The position numbers and the translations under genes were made by a program. The notes beneath the pieces were generated by a model. That model searched no databases. It had not been told where the DNA came from and saw nothing but the letters and a program-made list of their open reading frames with translations. A stretch of DNA of 64,000 bases from Anaerolineales bacterium (GTDB taxonomy: Bacteria > Chloroflexota > Anaerolineae > Anaerolineales > UBA11858): assembly GCA_021108255.1 (NCBI GenBank), contig JAIORG010000102.1, positions 529 to 64,528 on the forward strand, read 5' to 3'. This document shows positions 48,114-57,500 of this stretch, one piece after another (within the stretch, counting starts at the first letter, position 1; each line of letters begins with the position of its first letter).

Positions 48114-49463
48114 TTAATCTTTCTTCTTTTTCGCAATATTTCTGGCTGGAATACCTGCCACAACAGTGTCAGGCGGAACATCTTTCGTTACTACAGATCC
48201 TGCACCAGTGGAAGAGTTCTCTCCTAATTCTAGCGGCGCAACCAGCATTGAATCGCTACCGACAAACACTCCATCTTTAATGACCGTCTGATGTTTCTTT
48301 TTGCCATCATAATTGCAGGTAATGGTTCCTGCCCCAATATTTACATCCTTGCCAATTTGAGCATTCCCCAGGTAGGAAAAATGCCCCACCTTGGTTCCTT
48401 CGCCCAGGTAAGAATCTTTTATCTCTCCAAAATTTCCAATATGGACACCCGGACCGATATGGGCGCCTTTCCGCAGGTGGCTGAAAGGACCAATATCTAC
48501 CCCATTTTCTACTTTTGATTCCTCAATCACTGAATACTCAATCTCACAGAAATCTCCGATTTGACTCTTGAAGATCCTGGTATCTGGGCCAATCAGGCAG
48601 TTAGTCCCGATTGATGTTCCACCCTGGAGAAACGTGTTGGGCAGAATCACTGTATCCTGACCAATTATCACATCCGGCTCAATGTATGCTGTATCAGGAT
48701 CAACGAGGCTGACTCCCGAGAGCATTAACTCCCTATTGATTCTCCTGCGGAGAATTTTTCCTGCTTCTGCCAAATGAACCCGTGTATTTATACCAATGAG
48801 TTCCTCAGGATCTTCAGCAGGTACAGCCTCTATGTATAGATCCTGGTTTTTTGCCAGCGCCACCAAGTCAGTTAGATAATATTCACCTGTAGGAGATAAT
48901 GGCAATTTCTTCAGGTTTGCCCACAGCCAATCTGCGTCAAAACAACACATACCGGCATTTAATTCAGTGATCTTCAGCTGCTCTGCAGAGGCGTCTGCCT
49001 CTTCAACAATTGCCTGGATATTACCATCTGAGTTTCGAGTTATTCTGCCAAAACCTCTGGGATCCTCATCATGAACCGTTAATAAAGTCATCGGTCCGGA
49101 ATTAGATTTCTGGGTATCAATTAATTGCTGTAGAGTCCGGGTCCGGACCAACGGCATATCCACGTAAGTGACCAGGACCAGGTCAGATTGACCTTTTAGA
49201 AGAGATTCCGCCTGACTGACAGCATGACCTGTGCCAAGTAATTCACCTTGCTCAACATAACGCAGGTTCTCCCCCAGAGCCTGGCGGATTTGTTCAGCGC
49301 CATGCCCCAGGATTACCACCGGATTATTTTTCACCAGGGGCGCAGTAGACATTAAAGCATAGTGGATAATCGGTTTTCCCATTAAGGAATGCAGGGGTTT
49401 CGGAATGTCTGAACACATTCTTTTCCCTTTTCCTGCAGCCAATATTACAACATCAGTCACCAT
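48114..49463 (-). CDS. glmU: Bifunctional GlcNAc-1-P uridyltransferase / GlcN-1-P acetyltransferase GlmU
   Basis: N-terminal LAAGKGKRM. C-terminal left-handed beta-helix hexapeptide repeats. Size is 449 aa. Confidence 0.95.
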   Translation of the reverse strand: MVTDVVILAAGKGKRMCSDIPKPLHSLMGKPIIHYALMSTAPLVKNNPVVILGHGAEQIRQALGENLRYVEQGELLGTGHAVSQAESLLKGQSDLVLVTYVDMPLVRTRTLQQLIDTQKSNSGPMTLLTVHDEDPRGFGRITRNSDGNIQAIVEEADASAEQLKITELNAGMCCFDADWLWANLKKLPLSPTGEYYLTDLVALAKNQDLYIEAVPAEDPEELIGINTRVHLAEAGKILRRRINRELMLSGVSLVDPDTAYIEPDVIIGQDTVILPNTFLQGGTSIGTNCLIGPDTRIFKSQIGDFCEIEYSVIEESKVENGVDIGPFSHLRKGAHIGPGVHIGNFGEIKDSYLGEGTKVGHFSYLGNAQIGKDVNIGAGTITCNYDGKKKHQTVIKDGVFVGSDSMLVAPLELGENSSTGAGSVVTKDVPPDTVVAGIPARNIAKKKKD

Positions 49464-49651
49464 AAAGAATCCCTTTTGTTCTAGTTTTTATCCTGGTGAT
49501 TATTATCGAATTCCGGAATCCTGACAGCTTATAACCAAATAAACGAGCAGGGTGCGTTAGACAACCTGAGCTCGTATGCTTTATTTTTTTCATTGTTCTC
49601 TTCAGGAGGATCTTCTTCAATTCCGGATATCATAACTCAAAGGCAGTATAG

Positions 49652-49723
49652 CTGGGGAGCCTGGACTCGAACCAAGATTAACGGCTCCAAAGGCCGCTGT
49701 GCTGCCAATTGCACCACTCCCCA
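49652..49723 (-). tRNA. tRNA-Gln (anticodon UUG), CCA not encoded
   Basis: Hand-folded. Acceptor TGGGGAG/CTCCCCA with U1-A72, discriminator G73, D stem GTGC/GCAC, anticodon stem GCGGC/GCCGT with loop CTTTGGA, T arm CTTGG-TTCGAGT-CCAGG. Confidence 0.85.
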
Positions 49724-49798
49724 ACGTCAGCGAAGGCATTGTATCATAGGAAAATTTTACTGACAATGGAAACTGGTTTTTCCTGCCCCGAGAAGCGG

Positions 49799-50947
49799 TC
49801 AGGAATTAATATTATCTCCCCCGGGAACAAAACCAAGTTTTTGAGCTTGCTCAAAAGATAAGGAATCAGGACTATCAATTCGCTGAATTTCTGTTTCCAG
49901 CGTTGCTGCCTTCCAGAACTCGTGCACTTCATTTTCATCAGCATTATCGATTTCAGATTCTTCTTCTGCGTCCTTATCAACCTTTTTGGGAGCCGATTTT
50001 GCTTTTGTTTTTGCAGATCCGTTTGCTCTCTGTTTTTTCTCTTGGGGAAGTTCAGCTTTTACTGGTGCCTTGCTTTTTACCTTATCAGCTTTTGTGTCTT
50101 TGGCGGAACTTTTCGTTTTAACCGCCGGGGTTCCCTTTAGGTTGTGGATTATCTGAGTGACTTCCTGAATAGCCAGATCTAATGTTGTCAGCACCCAGCT
50201 AAGATCATTATTCTGGGTCACAGGATTGGTTATGACCATCATTCCGTATTCCGCGTCAATATGAGACCAGAACAGATCGTACTTTTCCCCTGAAAAGTAC
50301 CACACGCTCTCTGGATTATCCTTTCCTAAAAAGCTGGAAATTTTGTTAGTTAAACTGAATGTTTGCAGCAGAAGCGGCATCACATGAGATTCATAAATCG
50401 TATCTGGAACAATGCCAGTTTCTGCTGAAATAACCCCTGTCTTCTCAATTACTAAGATCGATATCGCCCCTAATTCTCCCCGCAAATCTGCGATTCTCTC
50501 TGTAACAAAATCATCCAGGTTTTGTTTTGTTAATCTCTGCAGTGTTTCGGGAGCATTTTCCACCGGATCCAGACCCATTGCACGGCGAACCGCATTTAAT
50601 AATTCTGGCATCTTCAGCGGTTTTAAGAAAAATGCTTCTGCCCCGACATCAGCAATTTCCTGGTGAATATCTTCCTCTTCTAACCCAGTGATTAAGATTA
50701 CCTGCATATCAGGGAAGGTATACTTCAATTTTTTATATAATTCAATACCGGATAATCCTGGAAGACCAATATCAGCGATTAGTAGATCAATCCCTGTGCC
50801 CACGACCTCGACGATCGCTTCTTCTCCAGAGGGAACATCAACCAGATCCAGATCCAGATCCACTTCTAATGCCTCAAGATTCGCCCGCAATGCGGTGCGA
50901 ATCTCCTGATGGTCATCGACGATTAATACTCGGAATTTATCCGCCAT
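49799..50947 (-). CDS. Response regulator: receiver domain, then a Roadblock/LC7-like middle domain, then a lysine-rich disordered tail
   Basis: REC residues LIVDDH, LLIADIGLPG, ILITG and FFLKP. The middle region (about aa 130-270) is Roadblock-like by pattern only. Tail KTKSSAKDTKADKVKSKAPVKAELPQEKKQRANGSAKTKAKSAPKK followed by an acidic stretch. Confidence 0.8.
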   Translation of the reverse strand: MADKFRVLIVDDHQEIRTALRANLEALEVDLDLDLVDVPSGEEAIVEVVGTGIDLLIADIGLPGLSGIELYKKLKYTFPDMQVILITGLEEEDIHQEIADVGAEAFFLKPLKMPELLNAVRRAMGLDPVENAPETLQRLTKQNLDDFVTERIADLRGELGAISILVIEKTGVISAETGIVPDTIYESHVMPLLLQTFSLTNKISSFLGKDNPESVWYFSGEKYDLFWSHIDAEYGMMVITNPVTQNNDLSWVLTTLDLAIQEVTQIIHNLKGTPAVKTKSSAKDTKADKVKSKAPVKAELPQEKKQRANGSAKTKAKSAPKKVDKDAEEESEIDNADENEVHEFWKAATLETEIQRIDSPDSLSFEQAQKLGFVPGGDNINS

Positions 50948-50953
50948 GTAAAA

Positions 50954-50959
50954 ATTGTA
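50954..50959 (-). promoter_or_regulatory. -10-like TACAAT placed 6 nt before the response-regulator ATG (candidate leaderless promoter)
   Basis: On the minus strand, TACAAT-ttttac-ATG(50947). No SD is present. Confidence 0.3.
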
Positions 50960-51239
50960 ACATGCGAGGTCAACAGCTGTACCCTCAAAGGGAGAATTTT
51001 ACCTTGCAATTTCTTTAGGTAAAGGAAATTTTTGTGGATAATGAGTTAATCTCTGCTTTTTCTGAGACTATCAGTCAGCCCTGAAATAATCCTCCCGCCA
51101 GTATCAACGATATTTTAATCAGCCAAATATTCGTCTGGAAAACCAGGCCAGCAAGGTTTACGACATATTTTCGTTGGCACTTGCCGTTGGTGGCTGAGAA
51201 TTAAAGGAGGTAATTTTTATAATAATCAAAATCAGGAGA

Positions 51240-52526
51240 TCATGCGGCTTGAGAAAGGGCTTCCTGATCTTTTTTTGGATTCCGGTCTCGCCAAAAAAAG
51301 AACCAATAGAGAGTAATAGCAATTATATACATAGAGATAGTTCCAATGAACGGCAGCGAGAAACCAAATCTGACCTGTAAAGCCCCGCTGATACTGGGGC
51401 TGAATGTCCAACCAAAACTCCAGGCCATACTCACCAGGGAGGCAACCATAGCCCGGGCAGAAGGTTCTACTTTCTCCATTACAAAAGTCTCGTAAATGGG
51501 ACTGCTCATATTCATCAAAGTAAGACGGACATAATAAGCAGCTGCACTCATCCAAAATAGCGGTGAAAAACCCAATAAAATTAAAAACGGAACCGATAAA
51601 CCCTGGGTGATCACGACCACTTGAATTTTGCCAAAACGTTCCGCCAATACAGGAGCGATCAGCAAACCTAAACCCATAGCAAATGAACCCCAGGCGAACA
51701 ATGTTCCTATTGTCTGGTCAGATTGGTGATGTACAGTTCTGAAGAAAACGTTCATAAAAGGCATGATTAAACCTGCCCCTAGCGAGGTGATGAGCATCGG
51801 ACCAACTAATTTGCCTAATAACTTCGGATTCTCCTTTGCGTAATTAATGGGTGCAAACACCGACCTGGAATCACCGCCAAGCCGGTTCCTGCGTAATAAT
51901 ATCAGCGGTATTAATCCCGCCATAAACATCGAGGCCACAATGGCAATTGACCAACCATAAGAAGTGCTGTCAGTTGATGAAATAGATAATTGGCTGCCTA
52001 TCATGGTGGGGAGATAGCCGCCCAACCAATTTCCTGCAAATCCAGAAAGCATATGTAAACCATGCCCAAAGCTGAAGAGATATGTTCGTTCTTTTTCGCT
52101 GCTGTTTTCCATTAAGAACGGAGACATGGTGATGCTCCAAAGGCTTTGCGAAAACCCCATAACCACATTGAGTGCGTAAAATACAAATATAGTTGGCCAG
52201 AGTACCATGCCAATAATGGATAAACCGGTAAGTAATCCGCCAATTAAAAGAGATCTTTTCCGTCCAATGACATCAGCAAGATACCCCATAGGAAGAGCGA
52301 CAATTAGGGCAGTAAGACTGCTTGTGGTGATCAATCGACCCATTAAAACTTCGTTAAAACCCAGGCTCAGGATGTAGAAATTAAACAGCAAACGAAAGAC
52401 CCCCATTGATACCCCTGAAATAATCACATTAACAAGGTATAACCTCGCGTTATATTGAAAAAGTGTGATTTTCGATAGGTAGTCATTCAGAGGTTTTATT
52501 AAAGTCGTTTGGACATTAAACTTCAT
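51240..52526 (-). CDS. MFS transporter
   Basis: 428 aa with a 12-TM-like pattern. The loop motif GYLADVIGRKRSL matches the MFS signature between TM2 and TM3. Confidence 0.85.
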   Translation of the reverse strand: MKFNVQTTLIKPLNDYLSKITLFQYNARLYLVNVIISGVSMGVFRLLFNFYILSLGFNEVLMGRLITTSSLTALIVALPMGYLADVIGRKRSLLIGGLLTGLSIIGMVLWPTIFVFYALNVVMGFSQSLWSITMSPFLMENSSEKERTYLFSFGHGLHMLSGFAGNWLGGYLPTMIGSQLSISSTDSTSYGWSIAIVASMFMAGLIPLILLRRNRLGGDSRSVFAPINYAKENPKLLGKLVGPMLITSLGAGLIMPFMNVFFRTVHHQSDQTIGTLFAWGSFAMGLGLLIAPVLAERFGKIQVVVITQGLSVPFLILLGFSPLFWMSAAAYYVRLTLMNMSSPIYETFVMEKVEPSARAMVASLVSMAWSFGWTFSPSISGALQVRFGFSLPFIGTISMYIIAITLYWFFFWRDRNPKKDQEALSQAA

Positions 52527-52858
52527 TCGTGTTTTCCTTCATTGATTCCTTTTCCCCGGAAAGAAACGGCTTCCCTGCTAAAAATACTGTGACAAGAGCT
52601 TCATCTAGCATTGCGTAGAGTTCAATATTTTTCTCGTCGCTGGCTAAAACTACCAACCAGGAAAGCCATCACGCCTTGAGATGTTATTTGACCCGCGAGG
52701 TCGGTTTGTAATCACAGAAGAACAATCTTAGGGTTGGGGTCAGGTAATCCTTCATGAACTTGAAACAGCCACCTCTTATGGGGACAGCAACCCCAGAGCA
52801 GATGGATAGGCGATGATAGTATAAAATCAATCATATCCAGTGATCTTGCTTGTTCTTC
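52516..52858 (-). pseudogene. Possible decayed receiver-domain (CheY-like) gene remnant
   Basis: Two frame-shifted fragments. EEQARSLDMIDFILSSPIHLLWG...LPDPNPKIVLL* covers 52858-52712. VVLASDEKNIELYAMLDEALVTVFLAGKPF... covers 52656-52516. They resemble beta3-to-beta5 of a receiver domain. This is a tentative call from pattern recognition only. Confidence 0.3.
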
Positions 52859-54889
52859 CTATTGAGTGGACTCGTCATCCTGAAGGTATTTATTAAACCA
52901 GCGCAAGATATGATTCAACCGGTCAATTCGACGGTCAGTCCGTCCTCCACGGGACAGACCGTGGGGTTCGTCAGGATAACGGATCATCTCTGTATCCACC
53001 CCAAGCTTCTTTAATGCTACGAAAATCTGTTCCCCTTGTTCGATTGAAACGCGCAAATCATTTTCACTGTGAATCACCATGGTTGGCGTTTGAGCATTGC
53101 CAATGTGCTTCATCGGTGACTGTCTCCAATAATTTTCCAGGTTTTCCCAGGGGGGTTGATTACCGAATTCAAATTGAAAAGCCCAGTTTAAATCACTTGA
53201 TCCATACATGCTAATTAAATTACTGACACTTCTCTGGGTTACAGCTGCCTGAAACCGATTTGTCTGTCCAATAATCCAATTCGTCATGTAACCGCCGTAG
53301 CTCCCACCAGTGACCCCTAATCGCTCCGAATCAACGTATGGCTGCTGAGATACAAATTCGGTCCAGGCCATAATATCATCAAAATCTACTGTACCCCAAT
53401 TATTCCAGATAGCTTTTGAATGATCCTCTCCATACCCTTGGCCGCCGCGAGGATTTGAGAAAAAAACGACATATCCCTGCGCCGCTAAATAATGGAATTC
53501 ATGCATAAAATTATCCCCATATTGCGCTCTGGGACCTCCGTGAATCTCGAGAATCGCGGGATACTGCATCCCTTCCTTATAAAATGGGGGCTTCATGATC
53601 CATCCCTGTAAATCGTTCCCCTTATCTCCTTTAAACCATACCATTTCAACTTCCCCGAATTGAATTTCCTCCAAAACAGTTTGATTGACATGTGAAAGTT
53701 TTTGAGATTGATTTTCCTTGAAATCATACACCATAACTTCTGGTGGTTCCTGGATAGAAGAGTGCAGATATGCGATCCTGCCCTGCGCCTCGTCAAAGGT
53801 TACAGATCCAAGGGTTCCCCCTTGATCAATCAACGTTTCCAAATTTTCGGCACCACCTTCCTTCTTGATCGAATGAAGGGTGGCTTTTCCATGACGGGAT
53901 ACGGAAAAATAGATCAGCGAACTATCAAGTGACCAGATGGGAGGGGAGAGCGGAAGGTGACCAAGAAAATCGTTGATGATTGTATTTGAGAGATCAAGAT
54001 CAAACTCTTGAGTCAAGTTAACCGCTTCCCCTTTACCGTCAGCTGAAACCAGCCATAAAGAGGTATTTCTCCACCAGTTATCTCTACCTTCTTTTCCATA
54101 ATACACAATCCATTTCCCATCCGGAGAAAATACGGGGTCCTGTTTAGGCCCAACAGGTGTGGTTATTTTCCTGGTCTTCTTCCCGTCAATCGAGTGAATG
54201 AATATATCCACCGCGTCGGGGTCAAGGTCAGGGTCCTGGGCATGATTGGATAAAAAGACAATATCCCGACCACCAGGTGCCCAATTGGGGAATGTTTCAT
54301 CGAAAATTTTTCCCTCAGTAAGCTGTGTGCTTTCTCCAGTATTCCCATTAATTTTCCAGATATGCCAGCGTTCATCTGGCAAGAATCCCCGCCCGTCAAA
54401 TTTGTAGAAAACCCGCTGCACTCTGCGGGATACAATTCCCAGTTCTTTTTTTAGATCATCTTCGGATCTCTCGATATCATCTTGATCTTTTTTACGGAAT
54501 TGGCAGATCAAGTCTTCTCCACTTGGTGACCATTTAAAACCAGCAAATTCTCCCTTAATATCAGTCAGGGGACGAGCTTCACCACCTGAAAAAGGAATGA
54601 CATAAATTTGTGGTTGTTTTTCATCATCACGATTAGATAAGAAAGCAATTTTCTTGCCATCTGGAGACCATCTGGGAGAGCTGTCAACTTGATTTCCAAC
54701 GGTAAATTGATTTGATTTTTCATCTTTTAATGAGCAAACCCAAAGGTTGCTGCTTTTTTTGTTCTCCTGTTCATCAACACTCTGAACGGAATAAACAATA
54801 TGCTCTCCGTCTGGAGAAATGGCGCATCCATTGACTTCCCGCAAGAGATACAAATCTTCAGCTGTCAAATTTCGTTTCTTCCTCATCAA
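52859..54889 (-). CDS. S9 family serine peptidase (prolyl oligopeptidase / acylaminoacyl peptidase-like) with N-terminal PD40 propeller
   Basis: Nucleophile GGSYGGYM. Asp and His contexts HSENDLRV and PDEPHGL. PD40 repeats PRWSPDGKKIAFLS and PVFSPDGKWIVYY. Confidence 0.9.
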   Translation of the reverse strand: MMRKKRNLTAEDLYLLREVNGCAISPDGEHIVYSVQSVDEQENKKSSNLWVCSLKDEKSNQFTVGNQVDSSPRWSPDGKKIAFLSNRDDEKQPQIYVIPFSGGEARPLTDIKGEFAGFKWSPSGEDLICQFRKKDQDDIERSEDDLKKELGIVSRRVQRVFYKFDGRGFLPDERWHIWKINGNTGESTQLTEGKIFDETFPNWAPGGRDIVFLSNHAQDPDLDPDAVDIFIHSIDGKKTRKITTPVGPKQDPVFSPDGKWIVYYGKEGRDNWWRNTSLWLVSADGKGEAVNLTQEFDLDLSNTIINDFLGHLPLSPPIWSLDSSLIYFSVSRHGKATLHSIKKEGGAENLETLIDQGGTLGSVTFDEAQGRIAYLHSSIQEPPEVMVYDFKENQSQKLSHVNQTVLEEIQFGEVEMVWFKGDKGNDLQGWIMKPPFYKEGMQYPAILEIHGGPRAQYGDNFMHEFHYLAAQGYVVFFSNPRGGQGYGEDHSKAIWNNWGTVDFDDIMAWTEFVSQQPYVDSERLGVTGGSYGGYMTNWIIGQTNRFQAAVTQRSVSNLISMYGSSDLNWAFQFEFGNQPPWENLENYWRQSPMKHIGNAQTPTMVIHSENDLRVSIEQGEQIFVALKKLGVDTEMIRYPDEPHGLSRGGRTDRRIDRLNHILRWFNKYLQDDESTQ

Positions 54890-55109
54890 CTCTCCTCCTG
54901 TCTCTCTGGATTGTTCTTGAGTGTTAATATGCTCAAAATCACTTCTGTTATTACACCCCTGAAAACGTCATAATATTTTACCTTGAATCAGGATCTAAAC
55001 CATCAAACAGGTCAATAAGCTCGTTCTCAGAGCAGAAGAACTTAGGACCAAGGAAAGAAGGAAATAAATATAGTAAAATCAATCAATCAAACATCAAGGA
55101 GCCGTTCCG

Positions 55110-56261
55110 ATGGCTAGATTTATCATCCGCCGCATTCTCAGGGGAGTAATTACTATAGTGATATTCCAAACACTCCTCTTTGGGCTCATCCAAATATTAC
55201 CCTATGATTTCACCACTTTCTTAGTTCTCCAACCGGAGTCTCGCAGGCTCGCCCAGTCGGAATTAGGATTAAATCTTCCAGTATGGCAGCAATATTTTAA
55301 GTGGCTGGGAGATTTTTTTCGCCTTGACCTGGGTCTCTCCTATATAGCCTGGCCCACTCCGGTCATCGATGTTTTGGCAGGTAGAGTATCCCGGACCCTG
55401 CTGCTCTTTCTCACTGCTTCAATCCTTGCTTACGTTATCGGGATCTGGTTGGGCAAATTGGTTGTCTGGCAGCGAGGTGGTTGGTTTGAGTTTAATTTCA
55501 CCCTGGTAGGGGTGATAAGCTACACTTCATTTGCTCCTTTTTTGGCATTCGTTATGCTCAATATTTTTGGATACTACTTAAGATGGTTTCCTTACCAGCG
55601 GTTAATTGATCATAATGTCTGGTACATGGCTACAGTCACTCCTGAATGGGTCATAACCAGACTTGTTATTACGGGATTAATTTCCATGAGCCTATTGTTT
55701 TTTCTCCACTGGTTCTCCCAGAGGTTTAATAAGAACTTCACCTCCTGGTCAATCCGGATCTGGGGAACCTTGCTGATCGCTTTGGGTGCCTGGGGTTATT
55801 GGAAACTATCGGGGCAGGGCTGGCTAGCTGTCAGCATCTTAGATCATCTGACTTTACCCCTGGTTTCGGTAATTTTGCTGTCCTTTGGGGAAACCATGCT
55901 TCTGATGCGAACAACCATGTTGGAAACGATAGGGGAAAATTATATCCTTTTGGCCAAGGCAAAAGGTTTACCCAGTCACGTTATTAGAGATCGACATGCA
56001 GCCCGCAATGCTTTCTTTCCTGTTCTCACCAGGCTGGTGCTTAATTTACCCTATGTCATCATTGGAAGCTTGGCGATCGAATTGGTCTTTAACTGGCAAG
56101 CTATGGGGGTTATTGTTTTTCAAGCCATTGAGTATCAAGATATACCTCTCCTGATGGGCATTCTTTCTCTTGTGGGTATCATGGCTTTAACCGGCCATAT
56201 TATCCTGGATATTTTACAAATATATCTAGACCCACGCCTTCGCTATAACGAGGTGAATTAA
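55110..56261 (+). CDS. Peptide/nickel-type ABC permease (DppB/OppB-like), long form
   Basis: N-terminus MARFIIRRILRGVITIV and C-terminus YLDPRLRY. SD AAGGAG upstream. About 60 extra residues with additional hydrophobic segments in the middle. Confidence 0.85.
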   Translation: MARFIIRRILRGVITIVIFQTLLFGLIQILPYDFTTFLVLQPESRRLAQSELGLNLPVWQQYFKWLGDFFRLDLGLSYIAWPTPVIDVLAGRVSRTLLLFLTASILAYVIGIWLGKLVVWQRGGWFEFNFTLVGVISYTSFAPFLAFVMLNIFGYYLRWFPYQRLIDHNVWYMATVTPEWVITRLVITGLISMSLLFFLHWFSQRFNKNFTSWSIRIWGTLLIALGAWGYWKLSGQGWLAVSILDHLTLPLVSVILLSFGETMLLMRTTMLETIGENYILLAKAKGLPSHVIRDRHAARNAFFPVLTRLVLNLPYVIIGSLAIELVFNWQAMGVIVFQAIEYQDIPLLMGILSLVGIMALTGHIILDILQIYLDPRLRYNEVN

Positions 56262-56265
56262 TATC

Positions 56266-57222
56266 ATGACTGACACTGAAACTAAACAGAAATCACCAGG
56301 TGCATGGCAGCTTTTCCTGCAGGGGAGAGAAGCCCGCTGGAAGAATTTTATCGAAAATTGGAAGATTTTCCGTTCCAATTCATTAAGTACCATTGGTTTA
56401 GTATTGATTTTTCTTTTTGGAATAATGGTTTTCGCTCATCCAATCCTGATCAACACTGTTTGGAATCCTAGAATTTATGATCCTTATCTTGGTTATGACC
56501 CGGATCCGGTAACCCACCCTTCCCCTCCTTCCCGGGAACATATCTTTGGAACTGACGGGATGGGGAGAGATGTCTTCAGTCAGGTTCTTTACGGTGCCAG
56601 GATGTCTTTTAGTGTGGGCATCGCTGCTGCAATTACCGCAGTCACTCTTTCCACAATTTTTGGAGGGTTAGCAGGGTTTTATGGGGGAGCAGCAGATCTG
56701 CTGCTTATGGGAATATCAGATGTCTTTATCCTCATGCCTGTCCTGATCATTTTGCTTCTGATTGGTGTCCTGGTTAAATTAAATTGGTTGGCTATCGCAA
56801 TAATCTACGGGATCTTATCCGGCCTTGGAAGGCAGGCTATTGTCATCAAGTCCCACACCATGTCAATTAAGAATAAGCCCTTCATAGATGCTGCCCGGAT
56901 TTCAGGTGGGGGAAATTTTCATATTCTCACTCACCACATAATCCCCAATTTACTTCCAGTAGCCCTCGTTCACGCTGTGATAACTGTTGTAGGGGCAGTT
57001 CTGACAGAATCGCTGCTATCGTTTTTCAGCCGAACCCATGACTATATGACCTGGGGTTCAATGATTTGGTTAGGGCAAAAAACTTTCCGCTGGTTCGCGT
57101 TGAGTGGGCAATGGAACGCATTGATTCCACCAGCACTTGCCATCATGCTTTTTTGCAGTGCGTTTTTTATGGTAGGAAGAGCACTGGATGACGTTATCAA
57201 TCCCCGGCTGCGGAACCGGTAA
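56266..57222 (+). CDS. Peptide/nickel-type ABC permease (DppC/OppC-like)
   Basis: NTVWNPRIYDP...HPSPPSREHIFGTDGMGRDVFSQ and C-terminal DDVINPRLR. Confidence 0.85.
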   Translation: MTDTETKQKSPGAWQLFLQGREARWKNFIENWKIFRSNSLSTIGLVLIFLFGIMVFAHPILINTVWNPRIYDPYLGYDPDPVTHPSPPSREHIFGTDGMGRDVFSQVLYGARMSFSVGIAAAITAVTLSTIFGGLAGFYGGAADLLLMGISDVFILMPVLIILLLIGVLVKLNWLAIAIIYGILSGLGRQAIVIKSHTMSIKNKPFIDAARISGGGNFHILTHHIIPNLLPVALVHAVITVVGAVLTESLLSFFSRTHDYMTWGSMIWLGQKTFRWFALSGQWNALIPPALAIMLFCSAFFMVGRALDDVINPRLRNR

Positions 57223-57243
57223 TATAAAAGATCAGGCTGTACC

Positions 57244-57422
57244 AAAAGTTATTGGGACAGCCCATTTGTGTCACTGCAATCCCTCATTTTGTCATCCTGA
57301 ACGTAGTGAAGGATCCATACTGAGATCAGAATCAAAAGCAACCACAAACTACTGCAAGGCCTGGTGTTTTGGTTTTTGAGGATTCCTCGTTCCTCGGAAT
57401 GACAAATGGGACGCTGACTTTT
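57244..57422. repeat. Composite imperfect inverted-repeat element (about 170 bp) between convergent permease genes
   Basis: Perfect outer IR CCCATTTGT (57261-57269) / ACAAATGGG (57402-57410). Inner hairpin modules GTCATCCTGAACGTAGTGAAGGATCC (57291-57316) and GAGGATTCCTCGTTCCTCGGAATGAC (57378-57403) lie in opposite orientation. Flanks AAAAGT and ACTTTT. Confidence 0.7.
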
Positions 57423-57500
57423 TTGATAACCCCTTCTTAAGATTAGAAAAAAGCCGAAACTCTAAGGCCTAATTCAGAAAATGATTTATTTATAAAACTA

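Noticed and set aside
49464-49651. A possible ribozyme or riboswitch ahead of glmU.
   Set aside because: The glmS ribozyme belongs to glmS, not glmU, and none of its conserved core sequences are present. The region is better explained as a tRNA terminator plus the glmU promoter.
49903-50140. Two overlapping 72-aa plus-strand ORFs.
   Set aside because: They are antisense to the lysine-rich (AAA/AAG-rich) tail of the response regulator. Their Phe/Leu-rich sequence is a strand-complement artefact.
51033-51041. Perfect DnaA box (TTATCCACA on the minus strand).
   Set aside because: It is a single isolated 9-mer. About 0.5 such hits are expected by chance in 64 kb on both strands. There is no cluster, AT-rich unwinding element or dnaA/dnaN nearby.
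51241-51315. 24-codon ORF (MRLEKGLPDLFLDSGLAKKRTNRE) after an AGGAG.
   Set aside because: The SD-to-ATG spacing is only 3 nt, and the ORF lies antisense to the 3' end of the MFS gene.
57188-57379. 63-aa ORF containing the peptide CHPERSEGSIL.
   Set aside because: It is a translation of the intergenic inverted-repeat element. This peptide type is a known artefact of such repeats.
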